DNA of 51,175 nucleotides, the filler included, from Bipalium vagum (taxonomy: Eukaryota): assembly GCA_037834085.1 (NCBI GenBank). It is 2 parts of 2 records of this genome, joined end to end, with 100 filler letters (N's around TTAATTAATTAA, not from the genome) between each part and the next. Parts side by side here need not be neighbours in the genome. Positions count along the whole stretch, not along the records: positions 1 to 22,715 come from JBBMKC010217466.1; 1 more part is not named here. One strand, written 5' to 3'. The translations under genes and the position numbers were made by a program. This document shows, piece after piece, positions 1 through 12,700 of the stretch. Below the pieces are notes generated by a model. It worked only from the letters and a program-made list of their open reading frames with translations. It was not told the DNA's origin and searched no databases. Every line of letters begins with the position of its first letter. Within the stretch, counting starts at the first letter, position 1.

Positions 1-486
1 TTATTGACATATCATAACACATTTTAAAAAATACACGGCTTTTTACTGCGACAATTTCATCGTGGACAAGCTTTATTTCGTTTTCGCTATAATTGATATT
101 GCTTTAAAATCTCCATGTTCTACAGCTTTTCTATCACGTTCTTGAAGGCTGTTAAGCCTGTTAAAAAAATGGAATTTTTCTTAACTATTCTTTTTTAATT
201 TCTTTAAAACTTGAATATGTTTTCTTCAAATCTTTATTAGTCATTATTGTGTTGATCTTTTCATTCATGATTTTTTCTATCTTTCTATCTGTATATGAGC
301 TCTTTGTTAATCTTTCTTAATAAATAACCAGTTTTTTTGTCGATTTCTTTATAATCTGATGTTAGTGATCATACTCTATGAATTAAACTTTATATCAAGC
401 CTCTTTTACATGTATGTTTTCTTCACAGAAACTATTGTTTAAAGTATGTAATCCAATATCCATCTTTTTTCCATAATTGATGATCT

Positions 487-1300
487 TTAATTTTTATTCC
501 CTTTTTCTTTCATAATAATAAGAACTAAATTTTTTTCTTTTTCCACTGTGAATTTTATTTTTTCATGTAGACTATTCATGAATGTAAGAAAGGGAAAGAT
601 ATGATTTTCACTTTCAAATATTAAGCAAAAAACGTATATTTTATAAGGCAAACGAGTTATTGCTATTTCCAAGTAATTCATGCCGAACCTATTGGGAACT
701 CCATCTGTTTGATTATACATCTCATTGTTAAACATAAAAGAAACATTTTTTGAAAAAACTTCGAGTACCTGTCGTAGCTTTGTCATACATTATTTCTTTA
801 TTTCCTTTTTCTTTCCATAAATCAATACAAAGATTAATTGTTTCTAAAAAAAAAAGGAAAATTGGTGAAAAGGCTCAAAACTATTTTTAAATTTTAAAAT
901 TAAAATTTATTTTTTACTTCATATTTAATGTTCTTTGAGGGCATAATTGACTAATCCTATACTTTTGTAGCTTAATACTGGTGCAATTTATCATTGAAAG
1001 TATTGGTCTTAGCAGCTGATTTATTATATGGATCTTTGGCAGACCATATAATTTTGCTGGTTGCGCGCTAAATAATCTTTTTATTAAATTTTAATCTTTT
1101 ATATTTTTGTCTTTATCCATTTTTTCACCAATTTAATGCTTATTTGTTCTTATTGTTTAGTATGACTTGGTATGCGGCTGCTTTTAGGTTTTAATTTTTC
1201 AAATTTATCACAACTGAGTATGCTTTTGATTTTTTCTAAATATTGATCTTTATTTAAACTGACGTAACAATTCTTTTATCAAACAATGTGATAATTAGAT
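487..1300 (-). mobile_element. Degenerate Penelope-like retroelement RT remnant
   Basis: PAKLYGLPKIH...LRPILS at ~1000-1065; FMFNNEMYNQTDG and FLTFMNSLHEKIKFTVEKEKN in ORF 487-786. YxDD region missing; frameshifted. Confidence 0.8.
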
Positions 1301-3191
1301 CTTTATTGATCAATTATTTATTATCACAAAAAATATTGGAAAAAGCCGTAGAACATGAAGATTTAGATTGTTTTATCTTTGAAATTCCTCAATTTTATTG
1401 TAACATGCAAATAATGTTTAAAAACTGAATAGAAAATGTTTCTGAGGAACCGTAATAATATTCTATTACTATGTAAATAATATATTAAAATAATAATAAT
1501 ATAATAATATATTAAAAAATTCAATTAATTTCTCAATCATAAACTTACACATTTTATTTAAGAAAGTATTGCGGGAAATTTTATCCAAAAATGCAAATTA
1601 AAAAAAATCTCTGAAAATTCTCTGGCCAAGAAAATTGAATCAAAGAACTTCAGAGATAAATGATCAAAGATATATAACACATATTTGGAAAGAAAGTTGT
1701 GAAATTAATAAATGAAGATATTAATTAGTTTGCATTTTATGAAATCTCATATAGGATACACTGGGAATTTTTTTGTTTGAAAGGCTAAAACAGAGAATAA
1801 ATTCTACGAATGCACACCGAAGTCTCCAAGATTTACTGCAAGATATTTTACTGGTGACGCGTATGCATATTTCTGCTTAAGTTGCGAGATAAATCGTTAA
1901 GGAATATTTCCATAACGAGGTAGGTTATTGAAATCTATCATTCAAGGTAAATAAGATATTGTACAGATAAAGATAGACAACTTATTTGTTTTTCCTATTT
2001 TTCATTACATCTTATTTATCTATTGCCATTTAAAAACATTTATAATATGTACATTCGTGGACTGTTGAATTAGTTTTTTAATTTATTCTTCATTATTAAT
2101 TTGTCCAATGAAAAATTAATAACAATACGTAAATTAAAAAAATTAAAATTAATTAAATATAAAAAAATAAAATAAATGTTTATAAATATATTAAATTTTT
2201 TTCATTTTAACGTTGTTTTTTCTTCAATATTACACATTTACACCGCTATTAGATTCTGTACAAATGTTTTCAGGTAGATCTTCCAATTTTTTATTGCATT
2301 TATGTTCATGGTAAATATTTTGATAGTTCCCCTTTTTAATAGTTCCTTTTATTGCATTGATTTTTTGTATTATCTTATTTGTATTTCATTAAGTTCAGTA
2401 AATCTAATAAGTTTTAATTACACTTTTTCTACCATAAAGAAATAAAATGACAAAAATTGTGTCCAACAGTTTCATACCTTTTTAAAATTATTTATTTTTG
2501 TTTGAATTTATAAATAACATTTACAATGTTTAATCTCTAAATTTAATAGTTAAAGAATAATTTTAAAAATAATGGTAAACAAGGAATATAGAATTGCAGT
2601 TATTGAAAATTAATGATTTAATTATTAGACGGGTGGATTAATTTTAGAGTTTTTAAATAATTAAGTAATAAAGTCAAAATAGCAAATAATTTAAATATCT
2701 GAATATCTAATCTAAGTTTATGTATGTCTGGAAATGTTATTTGTTTAAACAAAGACTTTTAAAAGGCTCAATAAATGAATGGGTCAAAATTATATTTCAT
2801 ATGTGTAGTAATGTTTTTATTCGATTTGAGGAAATATGAGGATGGGGCCTCATCATTGATAAACTTGTAAACATTTTTACAAATATAACTAACATTATTG
2901 ATTATTTTGTTTTAGAATTAATGCACCTTCCTAATATATATTTATAAAATATTTCCAATTCTGCATTAAACCAATTAAATTAATTTAAAACATTTGCAGA
3001 TTTAATCTTAAAATATTAATCAAATAATAGAAAAAAGTTATTTTCGAATTTCATGCATTAAAAACTTTGTGGACCAGTTTTTCATTAGAAGAACCTTTGA
3101 AAAACTAACGGAACATATTTAATATTTTTCAGTTAGTTTCATAATGACACTTTACAGCGACAATTTAATTTTAAAAATATGAAGTGTTTAC

Positions 3192-3714
3192 TTTTATTAC
3201 ATGTTTTTCCGATAAATCCATCTTTGCAAATACACTTGAACTTTTTTCTCTTATTATTGATGATTTTACATACTCCGTTATTCTTGCAGATTCCAGGGTC
3301 ACTACAGACATTGAGTTTCTTTTTCATCAAACTTGAGTTATTTTTAAAATTTTGCACTGTTTTCTCTGGCACTTTTAAAGTCGTCAGGGGTCTCGATATC
3401 AATTCTCCGCATCCAGGCTTGACGTTAAGAGATTTTGATAAAAACTTCAAGAAATCGACTTTCTTTTTGTTGATTTCCACCGACTCAATACATCCCATAA
3501 ATCCAACGTCGCTATCGAGATGGTATTTGGAAATTGCATAATTAAAATTTTTCTTCGGAGCTCCGCCAACAAAAATTCCTGCGTCCAATGCCATATATCG
3601 ATTTGCCACTATATATTTTGATTTGAGAGTGAAATGAAATCGATTATCAAGGTACATTGTCAAGTTTTCTCCAATTATTTCAATATTTAAATGGTGCAGC
3701 TTATTGTCATTGAC
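3192..3714 (-). CDS. slit: slit exon, second half of laminin-G + EGF7
   Basis: VNDNKLHHLNI...IFVGGAP...GFMGCIESVEIN...VKPGC, then CKNNGVC...CICKDGFIGKTC. Candidate donor at 3190-3191; otherwise read-through to the stop at 3139. Confidence 0.88.
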
Positions 3715-6700
3715 CTACAGGGGAATTATAATTAAAGAAAACATCTTCATAAATAATTATTTCAGTAGAAAAATAACATTAAAATCTTTTGTCAATTTTT
3801 TTACTTTTAATCTCAATTTAAACATTCAAATAGAAATTACCGAAAATAAAGAAAAATAAATTAATCAAAAATAATAACAATTTTGGAGTGGACTTTGAAA
3901 AAAAATTAGAAAAGGTGTTCAAATGGGAAATACTTTACAAAATGGAGGTCCAATGTCTTTAATAATTGAGGTGGAACATATCTATTACACAGTGTCTGTC
4001 CAATGAGCCGGAACACATCTAACAAACTTATTTGTTAAAGTAAAATTGATTTTTTAAGAAAACAAAATTTTGAAATTTATTAAAAGAAATTAATTTTTTA
4101 AAAATTTCTCAATCTGAAACTCACAGAATTCTTTGGTAATTTACTAGTTGTACTCCTTAGACTGAATCTTAGACTAATACTTCATTACACGCTTTTACTT
4201 ACCATTCAAGTCAATGGTAATGAATTTAGGTTCAAATCTAAGTGAACGATTTCTGCTTATAATGTAATCACAGAGTGATAGAATGGATCTATTGGTCCGA
4301 AAAAATAAAAAATTTAATTAATTATTATTAATTCTTCGTTGGACACAAGAAGACACGCAGTTAAATTTATGAAATGAAACCAAATTTCTTAAAATTTATT
4401 ACGGTGAATTAAAACAAAATATTCAAATTTGAAGTTAAAAATTGAAAAAAAACATGAACAGTCAGTGATGCTTTATATTTTCTGGAACCAAAGCGTGTTA
4501 TGTGGTTATAACAGCGGTGATATCAAAAAGTGGTGAAAATTAAAATATAATATATATAACAATTTATAATATACAATTTTATTGTTATTGCTTACAAGTA
4601 CTAGAAATTTTTATAATTAGCAAACATCATAATGGACACAGAAATATACATCACCATATTCATAGAATATCCTTCAGGACCTAGAACTTTATCTCCAAGA
4701 TTGTAACTTATCCTGATATGACCATGATAGAGATTTACTGTTAAATAACTTTGATCAAGTCCTTGATACAGGATTAAACCTGATGATGAATTGGTTATAA
4801 ATCTTAATGAAATATTTCCTTTTGGCATTAAAAATCCTCTGGAAGGTGGTGATATTTCAATGTAGGAATTGTTATGGAAGTATAAGCTGTCTAGATATTG
4901 ACACAGCTGGCCTGAGAAACCTGAAAGAAAAATAATGTTTTGTTTTTTATATTTAACTATTTACCGGGTTTGCATTTACAATACGACTTCTGTTTACTTG
5001 ACTCTCCACTGACACAGGTACCTTCATTCAAGCATTCATGATATGCGCAGACAGATTCAGATATAATCTCATTTTTTAATGCCTGTTGATTCAAAACTTC
5101 ATTTTTATTTATATCTCTTCTAGACATTGGAGTTTTTAATAATGATGGTTTCCACGCAGGCTCCTCACAAAATATTCCAATATATCCTGGCCTGCAAACA
5201 CATTTGTAGCTATTTAAGAGGTCTACACATTTCGAATTATGCTTGCAACTGTTGTATTTACAATCGTCAATATTCAATTCACATTTAGTGCCCTCCCATC
5301 CTTTAGGACAGAGACATCTAGAACATGAATATGGTATTATACTCGTCATTGATTTAATGTTAAACATTTATTTATTCATTTTTAAAATATATCCCAAAAA
5401 TCCTTTACTTGAAATCGTTATTTGACAGTGGCTGACACTGACCAGAATTAAGACAAGGATTAACATCATGACAGTAGGAAAATTTGGTATCGCAAAACTT
5501 CCCTGAAGAAAACTAGTTTTAAAAGCTAATTAAACAAATTAAAAGTTTATCATAAACAACTAAATGACTTAAACAATGAAAAGTAAATGAACAGATTCAA
5601 GAAAACCTAATGATTTGGAAGAAAGATTATATTTATTCTTCTCTAGGCCAAAGGATGTAGTAGAGAATTTATAAAAATTGATAAACTATCGTAGACAACC
5701 AGATAATCTAGATAATTTTTAAAATAGATTTCCAAAGATGGTTGACAATGTTTTATCATGTTAGGTGACAAAAGAAACACTGTTGGTAAAGGAATTGATT
5801 AAATGTGTTAATTGCAAAACACAAAAAATGGTTTAAATAGAAAAATTGATGATTCCAGCCGAGTAAAAAGAGAATTTGAAAATAGAATCCAATGGAACAA
5901 GTACTTTTGACCGTTTAAAAAATACCGTTAAAAGGGGTGTTAATTTAAGTAAAATAAAACAGAATACATGACAAAAGACATAATTTACAGAAACTAAATA
6001 ATGGCTAAGACAGATTTTTTATAAAAGATCTGGCCACATAATAAGAACACTCTAACGAAAAGGTGAATGAATTGTGAAAACGTAAAAGGTTGGAACATAT
6101 CAGCTGGATTGTCCAGAAACAAATCCTTGTGTGATTTGCATGTAAAAAAAGGTTTTCCTAATATGGAATTGTTCAGAGTATAAATGTTAAGTAACAACGA
6201 AATTAAATATATATTTTAAAACACAAAACAGTTTGAATGAGTTTACAGAAAGTATTAAGTTACAAGTGGAAGGATTGGAATTGATTATTCCATTGGTAAT
6301 ATTCTTTGTAATTAGTTGGAATAATGCTGATGAGGAAATTTTGAAATTCAAAACATTTGTGGCATATTGAGATGTGCAAAAAAAGTTCTTCAGGCCAAAA
6401 GTAAAAATAAAAGTTAGTCGGTATTAGTAAAAAAATGTGAAATTTATAGTGATAAAAAGTCTTTGGAATGAACTTAGAGTTTGTGTAACTTTTAATGTAG
6501 CAACGTTAAAGTAACTGTAACAGAAATTAAGATTGTTGAGATAATATCAAAGCAAGATTTGATAGAATGATATCGAAAGAAGAACATTTTAAAAGAGTAC
6601 GGAAAATATTGAATGTTAAAAAGCTTCAGAGTAAAAAAATCATGGAGATGAGGCTAGATGTTTTTATGGCCGATAAATAATAAACCGGTTTACGTATCTA

Positions 6701-9700
6701 GTGAAATATAAGATAAAGGAAAAATGTTAAGACGTTAATTTGAAACCTTTAAGACAACCAATGAGTCTAGAAGAAAAGATCAACGAAACCAAAAGAATCT
6801 TTATGATAATATATCATCAGAAAATGAGTTCTATAAGAAAGAATTCCATATATATAAATGTATTAAGACAAAAAAATTATACATTAGAACAAATATATTG
6901 TTTTAGTTCCATAAATTTGGGCAATACGTATTATCAAGTATGATCTCATAACGATTGGTCTAAAAGACTGCATTTTTTAAAGATAAAAATACTGCTTCCA
7001 CATTTGACATTAAAATGGATCAATAAATCAATCAAAATTGAAAATACACATTAAAATCTTTATTTTGAAAAAATATCAGATAAAAAGCATTTTTTAGAAT
7101 TTTTATTTTTTATATTTTTCTTAATTTAATGTCACTTGACAATTTTTTTTTCAAATTTTCAAATTACCTAATTATAAATGAATATTTTAACAATTAATTT
7201 AATAAAGTTTATTGTTGGATACAAAGTTCTAACTTTTCCCATTTAATTACAATAATTAAAGAATTTTTAAATAATGGTCTAATTTTTGGTCAAATATCAA
7301 AATCAGATAATCGAGGCTTGATTGTATTTATTAATGTTCGGTATTCGATGTGTAATAAAAGTTAATCTTATTAATATTAAAACAAAATTTATCCGAAAGA
7401 AATTGAGAAGGTAAAAATTACCTTTAAAACCATTGGGGCAATTGCAACTGTAACTATTCACTAAATCAACACATGAACCACCATTTCGACATTTATGACC
7501 TACGCAATCATCTATATTTATTGTACATTTGGGCCCTCTAAATCCAGCTGGACAAATACATCTAAATATAACTATAAATATGATTTAATATTTTATCAAT
7601 ATGTACTCATAGTTTCCAAAATTATCTATATTTTTACAAATTCCTCCGTTTCTGCAAGGTTGACCAAAACACGCATTTATTCTTTTTTCGCAGTTCTTTC
7701 CATGAAATGGATACAGACAGTCACATTGATAATCATGATGTGTAATCAATGAACATTTTCCATTATGTTTACACGGGTTTTTCATGCAGCCATCACACTT
7801 TGCCGTTATATAAGCATCTTCTGTCTCTTCCGAACAAACGAATTCGGTAGGTTTTGAATGATAGATCGATTTTAACTTCATTTTTTCCGGACTGGCACAT
7901 AATGATATACCATTGTCAAGATACCTTTCTAAGAAAAACTGATTTAGCCATTTAATGTTACAATCACAATGAAATGGATTCTGTCCGAGAGCTCTGTAAG
8001 TGTCAGGAATTATAATCATCAACAATCTTTAATATAAAAAAGCAAACATATTATTAAGTTTCTTCAAATCTTGAAATGCCTGAAATGGAATTGTAGAAAC
8101 GTCATTGCTTTGAAGTATTCTTAAAAATATTTAAATGTATTTTTAAATAAATATGAAATGAAGATATTTATTTATTTTATAATTTTTATAGGACCAATCA
8201 ATGTTTTAGTGCGAATAAAATGATTTATTTTATTTTTCATTAAAAGCGAAAGTGAGGATAGAAAGCATAAGACGAAATAATAAAAATTGACAGACTTTTA
8301 ATTATAAAAAACATTTGATATTTAGTTGGTTGATTGATAATCCCTTTAATATTGATTAAGTTACGAAAATGTATGATACCAAAATTAACACTTACAATAC
8401 TTTTAGGTTTACCAAATCTTTGAACGCATCTTGGTGGATACATTGTAACTTGTTGAAGCTCAGAACCCTATCAAAAATGAAAAAAATCAATGTACATAAG
8501 AAAAAAGTTAAATAGTTTTATCATGCAATAACTGTTCAATAAAATACGATAAAAATTTCTTTACGAATCACAGATATATTTATGCATAGAGAAAAAGTTA
8601 ATAATTGTCTTTGTTTAAATCCTCTATTAATTTTAAAATTTACATTATAATTTTTCCTTTTATACATTGCAAAAATCTATTTTTAATATCAGATTTCTTT
8701 TGACTTTATTCTAAATGAGAATGACTAAAGGTTAACAACGCCTTGTTTGAGAAGTTCTTTATAAATCCCACGAATTATGAAGATGGTATCATAAATCTAC
8801 ATATAAGGTGACTGAAGATCATACCAATAAAAGAAAGTATTAATTTGATTAGACATTTTATTTTTGCAAAATTTGTTTTATGAAAATAATTGTACAGTAT
8901 TATTTTATGAAGTAATTTAGTGTTAAGCACCACATGAATAAAAACTTTGCTATTGCTTGATAGAAGAATTATTCTATTTTGACAAATTACCAAAACCATT
9001 TATTTTTAATTAATATTTGTAAGTTTTAATAAAAATAATAATAACTTACAATGTTTCCAAGCTCTTTAATGGAGTCAAAACATCTTTATTAAGCTCTGTA
9101 ATACCATTGTAACTAAGATATCTATGAAACAAAATAATTCTCTTGACGATAGTAACAAAACCCTTACAGTGTCTTGAGTTTTATCAAATTCTTGAAAGAA
9201 GATTTATTCAGTGTCTTAATATCATTTCTATCCAGATACCTATGGAAAAGAACATTTAAGACAAGCAGAAAGTTAAATGAAAATCATTATAAAAAAGATG
9301 AAATAAATAATAAAATAATAAAATTTTAATTTTCCTTAAAACATTGCCATTACCGATTCCTATTATAAATGGCCATTCTTTAGATAGCAAAAATATTTAA
9401 CACATTTCCGAATAAAAAATCATATTTTAAAGTGGAATTAAGAACACAAAATTTCATGTTAGCCGAATTTGCTTGAGTTTGAGTTTTTACAAATCGGGAA
9501 GAACATGATTTTGATATTACTTGAATTGTTTAAAACAACGCAATACTTCATGCAACCATCAAAATATAAAATAAAAGTTTAATTTTTTATATATACATGG
9601 TATTCGAGAAGTCCTGTTTTAATCAATCTATTAAAAGGTAGCACTGAAAAAGAAAGGGTTTAATGTTTGTTTCTGTAACAGTATATATTTCTTTTGGTGT

Positions 9701-12700
9701 TATATTGCATAATAAAGATATAGTCAGCTTTTATGGTCCCTATAAAGCAAGAGGCGAAAGGTAGAATTTTCAATTAATCTACTCCGAAGCAGGTTTTCAT
9801 CAATTAAAACAAATATATAATATTTTAAATTTTAATCACTAAACTGAAATGATGTTTGAAAATCAGAATGATTTTATTATTTTAATGATGAATGGATCAA
9901 TTATGAGGTACATTCTGTATAAGTAAAAGTATTATATAAACAGATTTTGTTTTGGGTTATTTCAAAGCGTATATTTTGAAAGTTAAATTTCGTTTGTTTA
10001 CAAGATTGATAAATAATTAATCAATGATTTATTGATTTATCAGAAATTGATTGATTTATTTTATATTTTACACATTCTCCAATTATTAGAGACTAAAATT
10101 ACATAAGACATTCTCAATTTTAATTGTCAAAACCTTTGATGGACTATTTTTGAAATCACTTTGATTCCCAAGGTTTGTAATTTATTTAAAATTTTTAAAT
10201 TTTTTTTAATTATAAAATTAAAATATTTCCCTATTTCATAGTTTGACATTAGCAATATGGAAATGCTTGCTAATCACAAATGTTTATTTATGTTACTGAT
10301 TTGACCCTTATTTGACACTTAGGAGATGATATAAAATGCTAATTGGGTTTCGGTTATAAAAAAATTAATATGGTGATTATATTGATATTTCTTGGGTAGC
10401 TTTATAATGATAGATGTTTAAGTAATTTTTAAATTAAGTGTAACAAATATAACATATGTTTTTAAAGATCAATGACGGACATATCCCGTAAATTCAACAA
10501 TTTTTAATACATGATTAGTATATATCAAATATGTTGATCGCCTTTCTACCTAAAATTTTACATCTGAAGTCTCTCTTGATGGATAGTAAAGTGCCGCTGA
10601 TAAGTTGATTGCACTGATTAAAAAGACAGAGGAAGATTAGTTTATGGATACAATAATCTGCGGGAAATCCTTCAAAAAATAAGGTATTGAAATAAAATAC
10701 GATTGTTTAATCAGTGAATTGCTTATGTAATCCTATTGAAAGAATTATTCTTCATCGCTACAATGTAGTCATTCTAAATATCATTAAGTATTATATGTGA
10801 TAAATAATCATGATAATTTCCATATTAATTAAAAGAAATAAATCAAAGTTTTAGCTCTAAGAAACGATCAAGTAAAAATCACTCACAGTTCAGTAGTATC
10901 TTCTGGAATCTCACTTGGAATCTCTTTTAGCTGTATTTCACTGCAGTCTACCTTTGTTAATTCACATTTGCATTTGAGAGGACATTTAGTGTTTTCAGCA
11001 CATTCTTAAAACAGATTAACAAAATAAATCCACGCCTCATTTAATCATATATGATGATATTAGATATCAAAGCAGATTTTTCGGTTATATTAGATCAGCT
11101 ACAATATTGTTGGGTAGATATAATGGTAATATTTGTGAATAGAAGATATAATAATAAAAATTTATATTTTTACAAAATCTACATTAAATCAGAAAATTAC
11201 TAAACGTATGTATGACCACGGGTGTCCAAAGACACTCGGCCCGAAGACGAAATTTTAATAGTCGTCTGGTCTCACAAAAAATATGTCCACTAAATCAGAC
11301 CCGCTTGTATCTCAAGAACTATAGGAATCGACAGTTATCAAAATGTATTTCATACATGTTCTTTATTCAAAGAACTTGTGGAATGTAAGCAAACATTTTC
11401 TATAAATTCTGGTAACAGGAAATATAAATAAATCCGCGAGAGACTCTTTAGTCTATAATTTGATCGTCTACTTCAAAACGCACACTGGATTATAGTATCA
11501 TTATTCATGATGTGAATCAGCGTCATCTTATATTAATGTTCTCAATGACATTTATTTACTTTCTATCGGTCATTCATTTCTGTGAGATTGTTTGGTATAG
11601 TTCTGATGTTCTATTTTACATTTGTATTTCATTACTCTTACAAATAATTTAAGTTGTAAATTTGATTATTCAATATGAATTATACCAATTATACTCATTG
11701 GGAACCCTCGATGAGTTAATAATTTCAATAGTAGGTCAACCAAAAACTTCAGAAGTCACAGATATTCCTTACTCTATTGCTAAAGTAGTACTGTCCTGAA
11801 GCAATTTTTATTTGGGTAACAGAATGATCACAGAAAATGAAAACCTCTCTTTTCTATAAGACATAAGTCAGAAGAACCTAATTGAAAAAATTCACAGTCA
11901 ACATCATCCAAAGATTGACTGTCATCATAACGCTTTATGGTGATAGGATATGAAGAATGGTTCACTTGGAAATGTTTAAGAATAAATATAATGTCAATGG
12001 TGCACAACGGTTTATGATAAAGAATTACTAAAATCAACATTCTTTAATTAATGTAATATTTTATGATGACTCCAACTGTGCATTGAATACTTTATCCATG
12101 AAAAATATGTAGGTCTAATGTTGCAAGGTCTCAACAAACTTACTGAATCTGAAAAAGGATTATTTCGTTTTTGAACTCAACAATACCCTAAATTGCAAAA
12201 GTCATGAAAGATGAAGACAAAACTATAAATGAACAGCATTTAAAAGTATGGGAGCACAAAATTTGTTTCCAATATCAACTGGATTTCTTATCCCTCATAT
12301 CAGGAAGAGCAACATGTGACAACTACAGTCTCAATCATCTGTCAGATTTCCCAATATAACATATGTCGAAGAGTCTCTCGGAAGCTAAATGCTAGCTGTC
12401 TTCACAAGTCACAAATGAGTGACTCCATGGAGTACCAAAATGTTCAGATTTTCAGTAAATAAAACAACTTATAAATGGGATATTTAAATCAAATTTCAGT
12501 TCTGTCTTTTAAAATGTTTGCTTAAAATAATAGTGGTACTACTAATGGTTAGAAAGAATTTTATTTTTATAGTTCTCTTTTTCTTTGTATATTTTTTAGT
12601 AATATAATTTGTAAAGATCTCAAACGTTGAAAATGGGATTATTCAGTAATTGTCAGTAGTAACTATTCTTTGGAATTCAAACACTAAATAGAAATACCCT

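Noticed and set aside
2900-2932. Possible terminal slit exon (RRCINSKTK*)
   Set aside because: Weak acceptor, no CT-like cysteine pattern and no independent support.
3179-3541. 120-aa plus-strand ORF (likewise 5243-5425, 7495-7752, 40365-40634, 43830-44267)
   Set aside because: Antisense shadows of slit exons or TE coding sequence.
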